The notes under the pieces are model-generated. The model searched no databases. It was not told where the DNA came from and saw nothing but the letters and a program-made list of their open reading frames with translations. Of a stretch of DNA of 64,000 nt, positions 20,512-28,891 are shown piece after piece (the stretch's first letter is position 1; every line of letters starts with the position of its first letter). The stretch is taken from the IMG/VR virus record IMGVR_UViG_3300045988_034415, positions 82,807 through 146,806 of that record, one strand, 5' to 3'. Source of the stretch: a virus. A program made the position numbers and the translations under genes.

Positions 20512-21062
20512 TATTCTATACTTTTAAATCGTTCTTTTAAACCTTCATTAATAACCACCTGCACTTGCTGTTCAGCTACAACTTCAAATCCTTGTCTGAA
20601 GAACGGAACAGGTACTCCAGAAGAACGCCTATAATATATATCGTCTCCCGGTTTAATAAACTTACACAAAGGACTTACTTCTATAACATTAGCTACAACT
20701 GAAAGTTGATACTCTGTATCTTTCTCTCCGGTGTCTGGATTCTTAAATGCTCCGTCATATTCTGGTATAATAAGTCCGCCTTTAGTCACTTCTATCTTTT
20801 GATACGGATTCTTAGCATAAGGTCTAACCAATACGTATGAATTAATAGGCATAATTTCCATACTATTCATCTTCTCTGTTACTTCCTCCGCTTTCTCCAA
20901 TTCATCTTTAATGTTCTTATTAAGTGCTTTAGTGTAAGTATCTACTGCTTTATTATGTGCTTCCACAGCAGCTTCTTTCTTTAAATCTTTAAATCCATCT
21001 GCACCGGCAAAGCTTAATCCTTTACCCCCAAACATTACATCCATTGTTCCGTTATTACTCAT
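20511..21062 (-). CDS. Cpn10/GroES-like domain protein with an ~80-aa N-terminal extension (183 aa)
   Basis: C-terminal half resembles a GroES beta-barrel (VLVRP...KGGLIIPE...IKPGDDIYY); weak similarity judged by eye. Confidence 0.35.
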   Translation of the reverse strand: MSNNGTMDVMFGGKGLSFAGADGFKDLKKEAAVEAHNKAVDTYTKALNKNIKDELEKAEEVTEKMNSMEIMPINSYVLVRPYAKNPYQKIEVTKGGLIIPEYDGAFKNPDTGEKDTEYQLSVVANVIEVSPLCKFIKPGDDIYYRRSSGVPVPFFRQGFEVVAEQQVQVVINEGLKERFKSIE

Positions 21063-21074
21063 AATTTAAATCAT

Positions 21075-21344
21075 TTACCATTTACATGCTGGACATGAAG
21101 ACTTAATATCTCTAACTTTAGCATTAAGTCTACACCCGCATCCACGTTTATAACCATCTTTACGTTCTGTTGATATATCTCCTGTTTTAGGGTTTAGCCA
21201 CAGTTTACTGCTACATACATACCCCATAAACGAATCCTTCATAATAGGACATTTCTTACATATTCTAATACGAGCTTTAGCTATTTCTTTGTTATTACCC
21301 AGTAACTCGTTCAAGTGCCCATTTACAATATTAGTAATTCCCAT
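21075..21344 (-). CDS. Cys-rich zinc-binding protein (89 aa)
   Basis: ORF track; CKKCP...C...CGC...CPACKW cysteine pattern. Confidence 0.45.
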   Translation of the reverse strand: MGITNIVNGHLNELLGNNKEIAKARIRICKKCPIMKDSFMGYVCSSKLWLNPKTGDISTERKDGYKRGCGCRLNAKVRDIKSSCPACKW

Positions 21345-21430
21345 AGATTTCTAATGAGCTTTAATTATACTTTACTTTTAATATCTCAAATCCCAGTTTG
21401 AAAGATACTCTATGATTATGAACTAGCTCA

Positions 21431-22354
21431 TTAGAACTCTATAGGCTTTCTCTTCTCCTTGATTTCCTCAAGTATACACTGTTTTTTCCAATGCTTACAC
21501 ATACGTTCCACATCATCTTTAAGATAATCTAACTCATGTTCTGTAACGTTACCATTATGGTCATAATGTATAAGCAATAGCTTCTTAATAACAAAATCAG
21601 GATTTAATTTCTGAAGCATCCATGCATAGGTAGATAGTTGTAAAGTATAATGTACTTTATTACAGTCCATTAAGTTATTCATAGGATACTTCATCATTTG
21701 ACTCTTCTTAGTCCTGGTATCAAAGTAAGATTTCTCGTCAATACTTTTATTAGTCTTGTAGTCAACAATGTAAATGTCATTTCCGTCCTTAATAAGTAAG
21801 TCAATTTGACCTGCCAACCTAAACTTATTGTCGTCCGACCTTCTGTATATCATATATTCAGGGAAGACTCCTCTTTCTATGCTTAGTAGGTCTAAGTTAT
21901 TCTTCTCTAAAGATTCATTAGTATTAACTTCAAAAGTTCCGCCTAAACCGTAACTTCTCATTTGGCATGAACTCTTACCTAAGTATTGATGTTCCAAATC
22001 ACTATGAATCTTTGTACCTCTTTCCTTGGAATCGGCATTAGTTTTAGACCACTCATCCAGTATATCCTGTTGTGCAGAATTAAACTCCGTCTCATTTAAA
22101 TCATACATGTCTAAGAAGTACTTCTTATCAAAACGTTTAGTTTCTAATAGTCTCTTCTTCTCCATGGCAAACTGTTCAGCACTTAATAGCTTCTGTAATG
22201 CTTTGTACTGCGACCAGAAATCACTGTCGAACTTTTGACAGAACTCATGTATCATTGTTGTTACTGAAGTGTATATAGTATTGTCAATTTCACTCCAATA
22301 CATATGGGAAGAATCGTTGTAACATATTTCCTTGTTCCTCTTGTCTACTTTCAT
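21431..22354 (-). CDS. PD-(D/E)XK family nuclease (RecB/Cas4-like exonuclease), 307 aa
   Basis: Motif GQIDLLIKDGNDIYIVDYKTNKS (D...D-x-K core). Confidence 0.5.
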   Translation of the reverse strand: MKVDKRNKEICYNDSSHMYWSEIDNTIYTSVTTMIHEFCQKFDSDFWSQYKALQKLLSAEQFAMEKKRLLETKRFDKKYFLDMYDLNETEFNSAQQDILDEWSKTNADSKERGTKIHSDLEHQYLGKSSCQMRSYGLGGTFEVNTNESLEKNNLDLLSIERGVFPEYMIYRRSDDNKFRLAGQIDLLIKDGNDIYIVDYKTNKSIDEKSYFDTRTKKSQMMKYPMNNLMDCNKVHYTLQLSTYAWMLQKLNPDFVIKKLLLIHYDHNGNVTEHELDYLKDDVERMCKHWKKQCILEEIKEKRKPIEF

Positions 22355-23048
22355 AATCCATTTTAAATTTCTTCCTAATTGAGTTATAATCTAATAAGGT
22401 AGATAGAGGTTGGATACACGGAGCAATAACGGAGTTATAGTACCCCAAATAGTACTCTTTAGTAACTGGATAAATAACAACAATCATTCCTATAGGTCCA
22501 TCAATTCCAGCAATCGGATACATCGCAGCAGACTTTGCTCCAGATTCTTCTAATAAAGCTACTAAATTAGGGAATGTTCTGTAGTAGTTCTCAATAGTGT
22601 CCATTCTAATGAATTGGTTGTCATTAATCCTTCCAAGCTCATCACCGTAGTTAATATACTCCAACTCTTTCCATATCTTAATAGTTGCCTTAGTTTCATA
22701 CCCTCTTCTCTTCTCTGTAAGAGCTGTTAAATAACGATATGATAAACCATGTGTACTTTGTAAGGTATTATGGTAATTCAATAACAAGACATTCGACGCA
22801 TCCTTATCTTCCATAAGAATATGCTCTATATGCCCGTTAACTTGTGGAGTAATCATCTCTGTATATTTCTCAGCTAATACCTTCTCCGTAACAGCTGCCT
22901 GTCTATAATCTTCTAAAATAGCTTTAGTGTGTGAAGAGAAATGAAGCTCTACCATCAAGAATGCAAGCATTATAATGACTATCGTCTTAACACCAGAACT
23001 CCAACTGTCAATCCACCTGTACACCTCTTTTAGTTTGCCCAATAACAT
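22290..23048 (-). CDS. membrane-anchored hypothetical protein (252 aa); first gene of the minus-strand block
   Basis: ORF track; N-terminal TM helix (TIVIIMLAFLMV). Confidence 0.45.
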   Translation of the reverse strand: MLLGKLKEVYRWIDSWSSGVKTIVIIMLAFLMVELHFSSHTKAILEDYRQAAVTEKVLAEKYTEMITPQVNGHIEHILMEDKDASNVLLLNYHNTLQSTHGLSYRYLTALTEKRRGYETKATIKIWKELEYINYGDELGRINDNQFIRMDTIENYYRTFPNLVALLEESGAKSAAMYPIAGIDGPIGMIVVIYPVTKEYYLGYYNSVIAPCIQPLSTLLDYNSIRKKFKMDYESRQEEQGNMLQRFFPYVLE

Positions 23049-23143
23049 TAATCTACTGATTTAAAGGTTAGAGATTAATAATAGTTTAGTTTCTTTATTA
23101 CTTATTTACATTGACACCTTAAATCATTAATTCATCTGATTTG

Positions 23144-23175
23144 TTTGATAATGTGCAAATTTAGCAATACCTTTG
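23144..23175 (+). promoter_or_regulatory. Bacteroidota sigma-A-type promoter candidate (TTTG-N20-TAccTTTG)
   Basis: TTTG at 23144-23147 and TACCTTTG at 23168-23175 with a 20-nt spacer, ~35 nt upstream of ATG 23210 in a divergent intergenic region. Confidence 0.4.
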
Positions 23176-23209
23176 TGAATAAAAAAGTGATTTAACATGT
23201 AATTTAATT

Positions 23210-23512
23210 ATGGAATTTAACGCAGAGGAATTATCAAGAATTAATGAGGCTCTGAAAGAGTTACTCGATGATGCGGACCTAGAAGAGGTTCCCATGTTTA
23301 GATGTGGTAGTAAGTTAGTAAGGAAAGATAAAAATGGAAGCAAGATTCATATTAAGAAGAAGAATCGCGGCAAATTTACGGCATCAGCTAAGAAAGCTGG
23401 ACAGAGTGTTCAAGAACATGCTAGGTCTGTACTTAACAATCCTAATGCGACTCCGTTACAGAAGAAGAGAGCTAATTTTGCACGGAATGCGGCGTCTTGG
23501 TCTAAGAAGTAA
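23210..23512 (+). CDS. basic hypothetical protein (100 aa)
   Basis: ORF track. Confidence 0.5.
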   Translation: MEFNAEELSRINEALKELLDDADLEEVPMFRCGSKLVRKDKNGSKIHIKKKNRGKFTASAKKAGQSVQEHARSVLNNPNATPLQKKRANFARNAASWSKK

Positions 23513-23514
23513 AC

Positions 23515-24186
23515 ATGAAGAAAGAAGAAAGATTGCAACAGCAATGTGACGTATGTGGGAGGTTGCTAGACAAGAATATAAGCAACTTCAGAAAGTATTC
23601 ACGCAAGACAAACGGCTTAAACTTTCACACTACATGTAGGGATTGTGAAGACCGAATCAAATTGAATACCGAATGGAAAGATGGGAAGCTCTTATGCCAC
23701 ATATGTGGAGAATATAAAGAGCCTAGTGAGTTTACTTATGCAGGGGCTAATAAATACACTTTACGTCAGAATAAGGAGTGTAGGTGCAATTCCTGTAAAC
23801 TAGAACAAAGGAAAGCTGCTATAGCTACTTATGATAACGACGTTAAACTAGAGAAGGTTTTACAAGCACGTTGGCTTGCAGCTAAATCCAGAGCTATAGA
23901 CAAATCTATACCTTTCACTATTACTAAAGAAGATTTACTAACCGTATGGAAGGCACAAAATGGCAAGTGTGCAATTTCTGGATTAGACATGACTTATGAA
24001 TTAGGAGAAGGTCGAATCTATACGAATGTTAGCATTGACCAGATAATGCCCTCAAAAGGTTATACTATAGATAATATACAATTAGTATGTATGGCAGTTA
24101 ATCAACTTAAGTCAGATTTAGATATGGATACTATTTTAATTCTGTGTTCTGCAATAGTTGATAATGCCGCTAAATGGAAGCATTAA
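23515..24186 (+). CDS. HNH-like endonuclease with N-terminal Cys4 zinc fingers (catalytic His replaced by Gln)
   Basis: CDVCGRL...CRDCED...CHICGEY...CRCNSC then GKCAISGLDMT...SIDQIMPSKGYTIDNIQLVCMAVNQLKSD (HNH layout with DQI instead of DHI). Confidence 0.5.
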   Translation: MKKEERLQQQCDVCGRLLDKNISNFRKYSRKTNGLNFHTTCRDCEDRIKLNTEWKDGKLLCHICGEYKEPSEFTYAGANKYTLRQNKECRCNSCKLEQRKAAIATYDNDVKLEKVLQARWLAAKSRAIDKSIPFTITKEDLLTVWKAQNGKCAISGLDMTYELGEGRIYTNVSIDQIMPSKGYTIDNIQLVCMAVNQLKSDLDMDTILILCSAIVDNAAKWKH

Positions 24187-24554
24187 CTATGAAATTTAAG
24201 TACGACAAATCTAAAGGATTGCTATTCTTTATCAATCCGTTACTTCCGGTAAAAGGATATTCATTTATGAATATTTGTGCTATTATGTTTACTAGAAGTG
24301 AGGATTATATAAAGAGAATGAGTCAAGCTACAGTTACACATGAGAAGACTCACACGAAACAGATATTAGAAATGGGAATAGTATTCTTCTATTTATGGTA
24401 TGTAATAGAGTGGTTTATTAAATTACTAGCTAGTGGCAATGCTCACACTGCCTATAGAAACATATCATTTGAAAGAGAAGCTAGATACGCGGCTGAACAT
24501 CTTGAATACGAGAGGAAGACTTTCAGCTATGGCTGGTTTAAGTGGTTATTATGA
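24174..24554 (+). CDS. hypothetical membrane protein (126 aa)
   Basis: ORF track; hydrophobic segments. Confidence 0.45.
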   Translation: MEALTMKFKYDKSKGLLFFINPLLPVKGYSFMNICAIMFTRSEDYIKRMSQATVTHEKTHTKQILEMGIVFFYLWYVIEWFIKLLASGNAHTAYRNISFEREARYAAEHLEYERKTFSYGWFKWLL

Positions 24555-24609
24555 GAATCTCAACTAAAACAGATACAAACTAACGTAGAATTATTAAACA
24601 ATAACAATC

Positions 24610-25000
24610 ATGACTTTAATTCAAAATGAAGACAACAAATGCCCTACCACTAAACAAGTGAATGACGCACTCAAGTCTATGGGGGGGGGTTCAGACCCTA
24701 GTTTTAACAACAAAAGATTTGATTCATCCAGGTAGAAGTAGTAATCTAGAGATTAACAGTGCTGATAGTGCTGTAATGGAGATTGTGAAGTCTAATATGA
24801 CAGACATGGTCCCATTTCAGTTACTGTATTATGGAGTATCTAATGGTACGCCAACATGTATTAGTGTGGCAATAGTCGGAATTCCAATAGCTAATTTGTT
24901 CACATTATACGTAAATGTAAATCAAAGTGGTTTACAGCACTTTAGCCTTAACAAAGGCTCCAATCAAAAGTGGATTGCTTCTACACTTAGTAATTCTTAA
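24610..25000 (+). CDS. G9-tract-disrupted gene: ATG 24610, frame shifts at G9 (24681-24689) into ORF 24662..25000
   Basis: Own translation: MTLIQNEDNKCPTTKQVNDALKSMGGG then stop at 24733 in register; the G8 or G11 register gives one continuous 129-aa ORF. Confidence 0.45.
24681..24689 (+). repeat. G9 homopolymer in the N-terminal Gly-Gly-Gly codons of gene 24610
   Basis: Read directly: tat ggggggggg ttcag. Confidence 0.95.
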
Positions 25001-25031
25001 CATTTAAGAATTAAAGTACATTAATCGCAGT

Positions 25032-25235
25032 ATGAGAAATTTTATATTTGACGTCTGGGTTTGGTCTAAAGCCAAACACTCCAGACTACTTAAGCAAATA
25101 AGGGTAAAGGCACTATCGTTTCCTTCAGACATGTTCTGTTTGAACGAAGCTGCTAAAGATGCAGATGTATCACCCTACATGAAATCAGATGAATTTGAAG
25201 TAACAATTGGTAATTTAAGAGAATATCAAGAATAA
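25032..25235 (+). CDS. hypothetical protein (67 aa)
   Basis: ORF track. Confidence 0.4.
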   Translation: MRNFIFDVWVWSKAKHSRLLKQIRVKALSFPSDMFCLNEAAKDADVSPYMKSDEFEVTIGNLREYQE

Positions 25236-25729
25236 TGGAAAGCACTAATGAATTAGTAACAGCAGCTGAAGCCAGAGCAGAAGGCTTGAGCTTAGACGGA
25301 GTTGCGAACAATAGATGCATTACTAAGCAACAGTTCAATGATAACCTACCGTCGGGGGGGGGTATTGCTGACGCTATAGATTTATTAAACGGTTCACTAG
25401 GCGGCAGCACCCTAATATTCTTTAATAACACTACTACAGACACTACAATGGGTATATCAATCATGAATATGTATGGTCAAAGCACATCGGCTACACCAGA
25501 TATTCCTGCTTCATCTATGGTGGTATACCCTATAGCAGGTGCTATAAGAAATATAGCTTTGTTTGGCAATAGTGTGATTGGAAGTAATACTTACGTAGCA
25601 TTCCTATTAAATAATGCAAAGAATATGAATTACTATTCTAATTATGAAACAGATAGACTTACTATAGGAACTAATCAGAATATGCCAGTACAGGGTCTAC
25701 TTGCCGTTATGTGTATAAACAATACATAG
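25235..25729 (+). CDS. hypothetical protein (164 aa) carrying an in-frame G9 tract; ends with TAG
   Basis: ORF track; ...NLPSGGGIADAIDLL over the G9 at 25354-25362. Confidence 0.5.
   Translation: MESTNELVTAAEARAEGLSLDGVANNRCITKQQFNDNLPSGGGIADAIDLLNGSLGGSTLIFFNNTTTDTTMGISIMNMYGQSTSATPDIPASSMVVYPIAGAIRNIALFGNSVIGSNTYVAFLLNNAKNMNYYSNYETDRLTIGTNQNMPVQGLLAVMCINNT
25354..25362 (+). repeat. G9 homopolymer (in frame, Gly-Gly-Gly)
   Basis: Read directly: ccgtcg ggggggggg tattg. Confidence 0.95.
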
Positions 25730-25741
25730 CAAGTATTTAAA

Positions 25742-26284
25742 ATGACAAATAAAATTGCAACAGAACAATATTTAATTAATTTAGCTGGTGGAGGTACAAA
25801 TACTCCAACCAAGTGTGCCACTAGAGATAGAGTAGAGTTCTTCGGACTTGAAACTAACGATAATTACGCTAATAATCAGTTAGTTAAGGAAGAGGATATA
25901 CAGTTGTCAACATTCCAGTATGACTTCAATATACATGTTTCAATAACTAACTCTGGGCTTACGTCTAAATCCTATGACTTTGTAGCAGATGTTTACATAG
26001 ATGGAGTTCCAGATGGGTTTATAACAATTCCTAGGTCTGGAACTCTAGACTATCAAGGGGCAACTTTCTTTGACAGAAACTTCCACTTTAATTTACCAAC
26101 TGATTTAACTAATGTCTCTAAATTATTGTTCACTGGATATTTCAGTACATACAGGGTGACTGTAGATGCAGATAATGTAACAAATAACGCAGTATGCCAA
26201 TCTGGGGTAACTACTGAAATACCAATAAATCAGGCATATATAGGAGGTGACACAGCTAATATTTCTATAAATGTAATTATATAA
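25742..26284 (+). CDS. hypothetical protein (180 aa); in frame with the upstream TAG-terminated ORF
   Basis: ORF track; the 12-nt linker has no stop. Confidence 0.5.
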   Translation: MTNKIATEQYLINLAGGGTNTPTKCATRDRVEFFGLETNDNYANNQLVKEEDIQLSTFQYDFNIHVSITNSGLTSKSYDFVADVYIDGVPDGFITIPRSGTLDYQGATFFDRNFHFNLPTDLTNVSKLLFTGYFSTYRVTVDADNVTNNAVCQSGVTTEIPINQAYIGGDTANISINVII

Positions 26285-26526
26285 TGAAGTTTGTAACATT
26301 CTTAAAGCAAGTATTCACATCCCACTCTGGCATATCATCTAAGAGACTCTGCGGAGTAGTAGGGTGGTTTGTCTGCTTGGGAGTGTTAATATACTGTGCA
26401 ATAAACGTAATTCAAGCCCCATTAATGATAGACACAGTCCTGTTGTGTTGTATGGGATTGCTTGGCATAGATTCAGTAACAGGAATATGGAAGAGATTCA
26501 CCAATAACGATAAATCGAATAAATAA
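26284..26526 (+). CDS. holin-like small membrane protein (80 aa, two TM helices)
   Basis: LCGVVGWFVCLGVLIYCAINVI and LLCCMGLLGIDSVTGIW hydrophobic helices, charged C-terminus; directly upstream of the SLT-domain gene. Confidence 0.35.
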   Translation: MKFVTFLKQVFTSHSGISSKRLCGVVGWFVCLGVLIYCAINVIQAPLMIDTVLLCCMGLLGIDSVTGIWKRFTNNDKSNK

Positions 26527-28778
26527 TGAAAGTAATACCTAAACTACAACAAGGAAACACCATAGAGTCCGATAATACTAAAGTAGTTAGGCCAGAAATT
26601 CATGAACCTATTAAAGCTAAACCTAAACAGTATTCCATTGTAGATTTAGGTGGAGAACCTTCTAATGATACCAGGTCAGCTGCTGAAAGAAATAGAGACT
26701 ATTGGCATCCTATTAAAGGAGCTAAAGCCAGATTCAGGGCTTCTATGTCCAATGAGACTAATCCTCTAGTTGGAATAGAAAGAACTATACTTCCCTCAGC
26801 AGCTGGCGCTGCATTAGTAACAACTCCAGCCGCTGTTGTAGGAGGAGCTTTAGGTAATATGACTGTGGATAAGCTTACCGGGGGCTGGGGTAACTGGTTG
26901 GAAGATAAAACTGGCATTCCGTCCGAAATTGGAATTTATACTAATCCAGGAGCTTGGTATGGTGGTGCTAAAGGATATAAGATTGGAAAGGACAAGTTAA
27001 TAACTAAATCAATTAAAGGTGACGCTGACTTAGCTTGGAATCCTATTAACAAGAATCATTGGATATTTAATAAGGAAGCAAGGACTCCTTCTAATATAGC
27101 AATGGCAACAGCTAACAGAATTACTCCATTTCTATCTAAGGTAGAGAAATTACCATTAAAAGTGGCTGCTTATAAAGCTGCCAAGAGAACTAACGGTAAT
27201 GCATCAGTAAGTTTGCAAGATATAAAAACAATGCCAGCCGACTACACAGGTTCTTCAATACTAGGTGGAGGAAATTTAGAAGGTAGGAATCTATTAGCTA
27301 AATATATATTTGATGAGAATCCAGTAGTTAAAAGAATGTTCTTTAATAAAGCTACTAGTAATATCAAACCTATTAGCCGTAATGAAGCAAGGAGAGGATT
27401 TAGTCATGGGGATAGATATGAGCAGCTTTATCCTGGAGTTCATAACAGAAGATACGAAATGAGTGCAGTAGTACCCTCTGGTAGACCTCTTAAGTTTGAG
27501 AATGTTACAAAGTTTACTGATTATGCTGGAAAGAATCCAATCGGCAAGGTTGTTGGTAAGGAGACTGAACCAGTAATGCGTATGGGAGATAAAGAGTTTA
27601 TGACCTTTAGGCAGCCAGGAACCGATTATATAGGTCCTATTGATGACGTTACTGGACACTTGGTTAAGTTTCAAATGAATAAGGGTAAGCTTAGACAGAC
27701 TTCTCAAGATATGTGGAAATTTAATCCTGCTGACTATGCTAAGAGGTGGAATGATTCTCCTAATACTGCTAACCAAGTTAGGCTTACTAAACAAGCTGCA
27801 TTAATGGATAAAGTAGGTCGTCCGTTTTTTATACTACAGCAATCTAATCCTATATGGATTGAAGGTAAGTCTGTTAGAAATCCAGAATTAGTAACTATGG
27901 CACATGGTGGAAGATTTGATTTTAAGAAGTCCCCTCTGTTAAAGAAACAAGAAGAGATTAACGGTAAAAGGGACATGCGCAAGAAGTTCATCAAATCAAG
28001 TCGCCCAACCTATAAGAAGCGAATCAAGAAAGCTCAACAAGGAATGAAGTTCGTAAGTTATAATCCAGTAAGTAATCCTACAATAGATTACACTGATATT
28101 ACTAATCCTATTAATCCATTTAGTGAGTATAATTATAATACAACTTACGATAAACCAGAGGCTTTAGTAGTACCAGTAAGAGATACTAATGAACCTGATG
28201 TAGTAGCTAATAATCCTACAGCAGAGCCAGTAATTAATAAGCCAGTAGCTAGTAAAGTTACATATACTCCTAAATCATATAAAGGATTAGCTGCATTTAA
28301 TAAGGCTTATGATGAAGTAGAAGCTAGTAATCCAGAAGCTAAGAAGTATAGGCAATTCCTTACTAAAATGGCAGAGCAGGAATCTGGATTTAATAGTGCA
28401 ATTCAGAATAGAGCAGGAGCACCTGCCTATGGCTATTTCCAATTCATGCAGGATGATAAGAAGTATAACAACATTAGACAGTATGCAGGTACGGATATAG
28501 AGACATTTAGAAATAATCCTAAGCTACAAATAGAAGCTGCAATTAGACTTGCCAAATCATTCGAGAAGGGATTCAGTAAAGAGGATTTGGAACTTGCTAA
28601 TAAGAATGGATATTCTACTTGGGGATTATTAGGTGGAGCTTGGTTAGCAGGTAATGGTGGTGTACGTAAGTTCTTAAGAGGACAAGGTAATCCTTCTGAT
28701 AGACATTGGAGTAAAGAAGGTAAAGGTACTGATGTAGCTACTAGGATTAAGGCATTTAATTTTAAGGAAGGTGGTTAG
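26526..28778 (+). CDS. 750-aa protein with C-terminal SLT lytic transglycosylase domain (virion-associated or lysis enzyme)
   Basis: Motif MAEQESGFNSAIQNRAGAPAYGYFQFMQ matches the SLT/GH23 core (ES...N..A....GA.G..Q.MQ); ends in TAG. Confidence 0.55.
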   Translation: MKVIPKLQQGNTIESDNTKVVRPEIHEPIKAKPKQYSIVDLGGEPSNDTRSAAERNRDYWHPIKGAKARFRASMSNETNPLVGIERTILPSAAGAALVTTPAAVVGGALGNMTVDKLTGGWGNWLEDKTGIPSEIGIYTNPGAWYGGAKGYKIGKDKLITKSIKGDADLAWNPINKNHWIFNKEARTPSNIAMATANRITPFLSKVEKLPLKVAAYKAAKRTNGNASVSLQDIKTMPADYTGSSILGGGNLEGRNLLAKYIFDENPVVKRMFFNKATSNIKPISRNEARRGFSHGDRYEQLYPGVHNRRYEMSAVVPSGRPLKFENVTKFTDYAGKNPIGKVVGKETEPVMRMGDKEFMTFRQPGTDYIGPIDDVTGHLVKFQMNKGKLRQTSQDMWKFNPADYAKRWNDSPNTANQVRLTKQAALMDKVGRPFFILQQSNPIWIEGKSVRNPELVTMAHGGRFDFKKSPLLKKQEEINGKRDMRKKFIKSSRPTYKKRIKKAQQGMKFVSYNPVSNPTIDYTDITNPINPFSEYNYNTTYDKPEALVVPVRDTNEPDVVANNPTAEPVINKPVASKVTYTPKSYKGLAAFNKAYDEVEASNPEAKKYRQFLTKMAEQESGFNSAIQNRAGAPAYGYFQFMQDDKKYNNIRQYAGTDIETFRNNPKLQIEAAIRLAKSFEKGFSKEDLELANKNGYSTWGLLGGAWLAGNGGVRKFLRGQGNPSDRHWSKEGKGTDVATRIKAFNFKEGG

Positions 28779-28891
28779 TTAAATATCAAGAACCTGCACA
28801 ACCTATTAATAGACGTGATGCAATTAGAGACTATAGACCTAATATTCCGAATAGAATTAGAAGGGCTACCCCTGCTGAACATATTCAGTCC

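Noticed and set aside
466-23048. Global TAG-to-sense recoding of the late operon, as in some crAss-like phages
   Set aside because: All structural genes are long and uninterrupted under the standard code and terminate mostly with TAA. If the CUA tRNA has a role, it is local (see findings).
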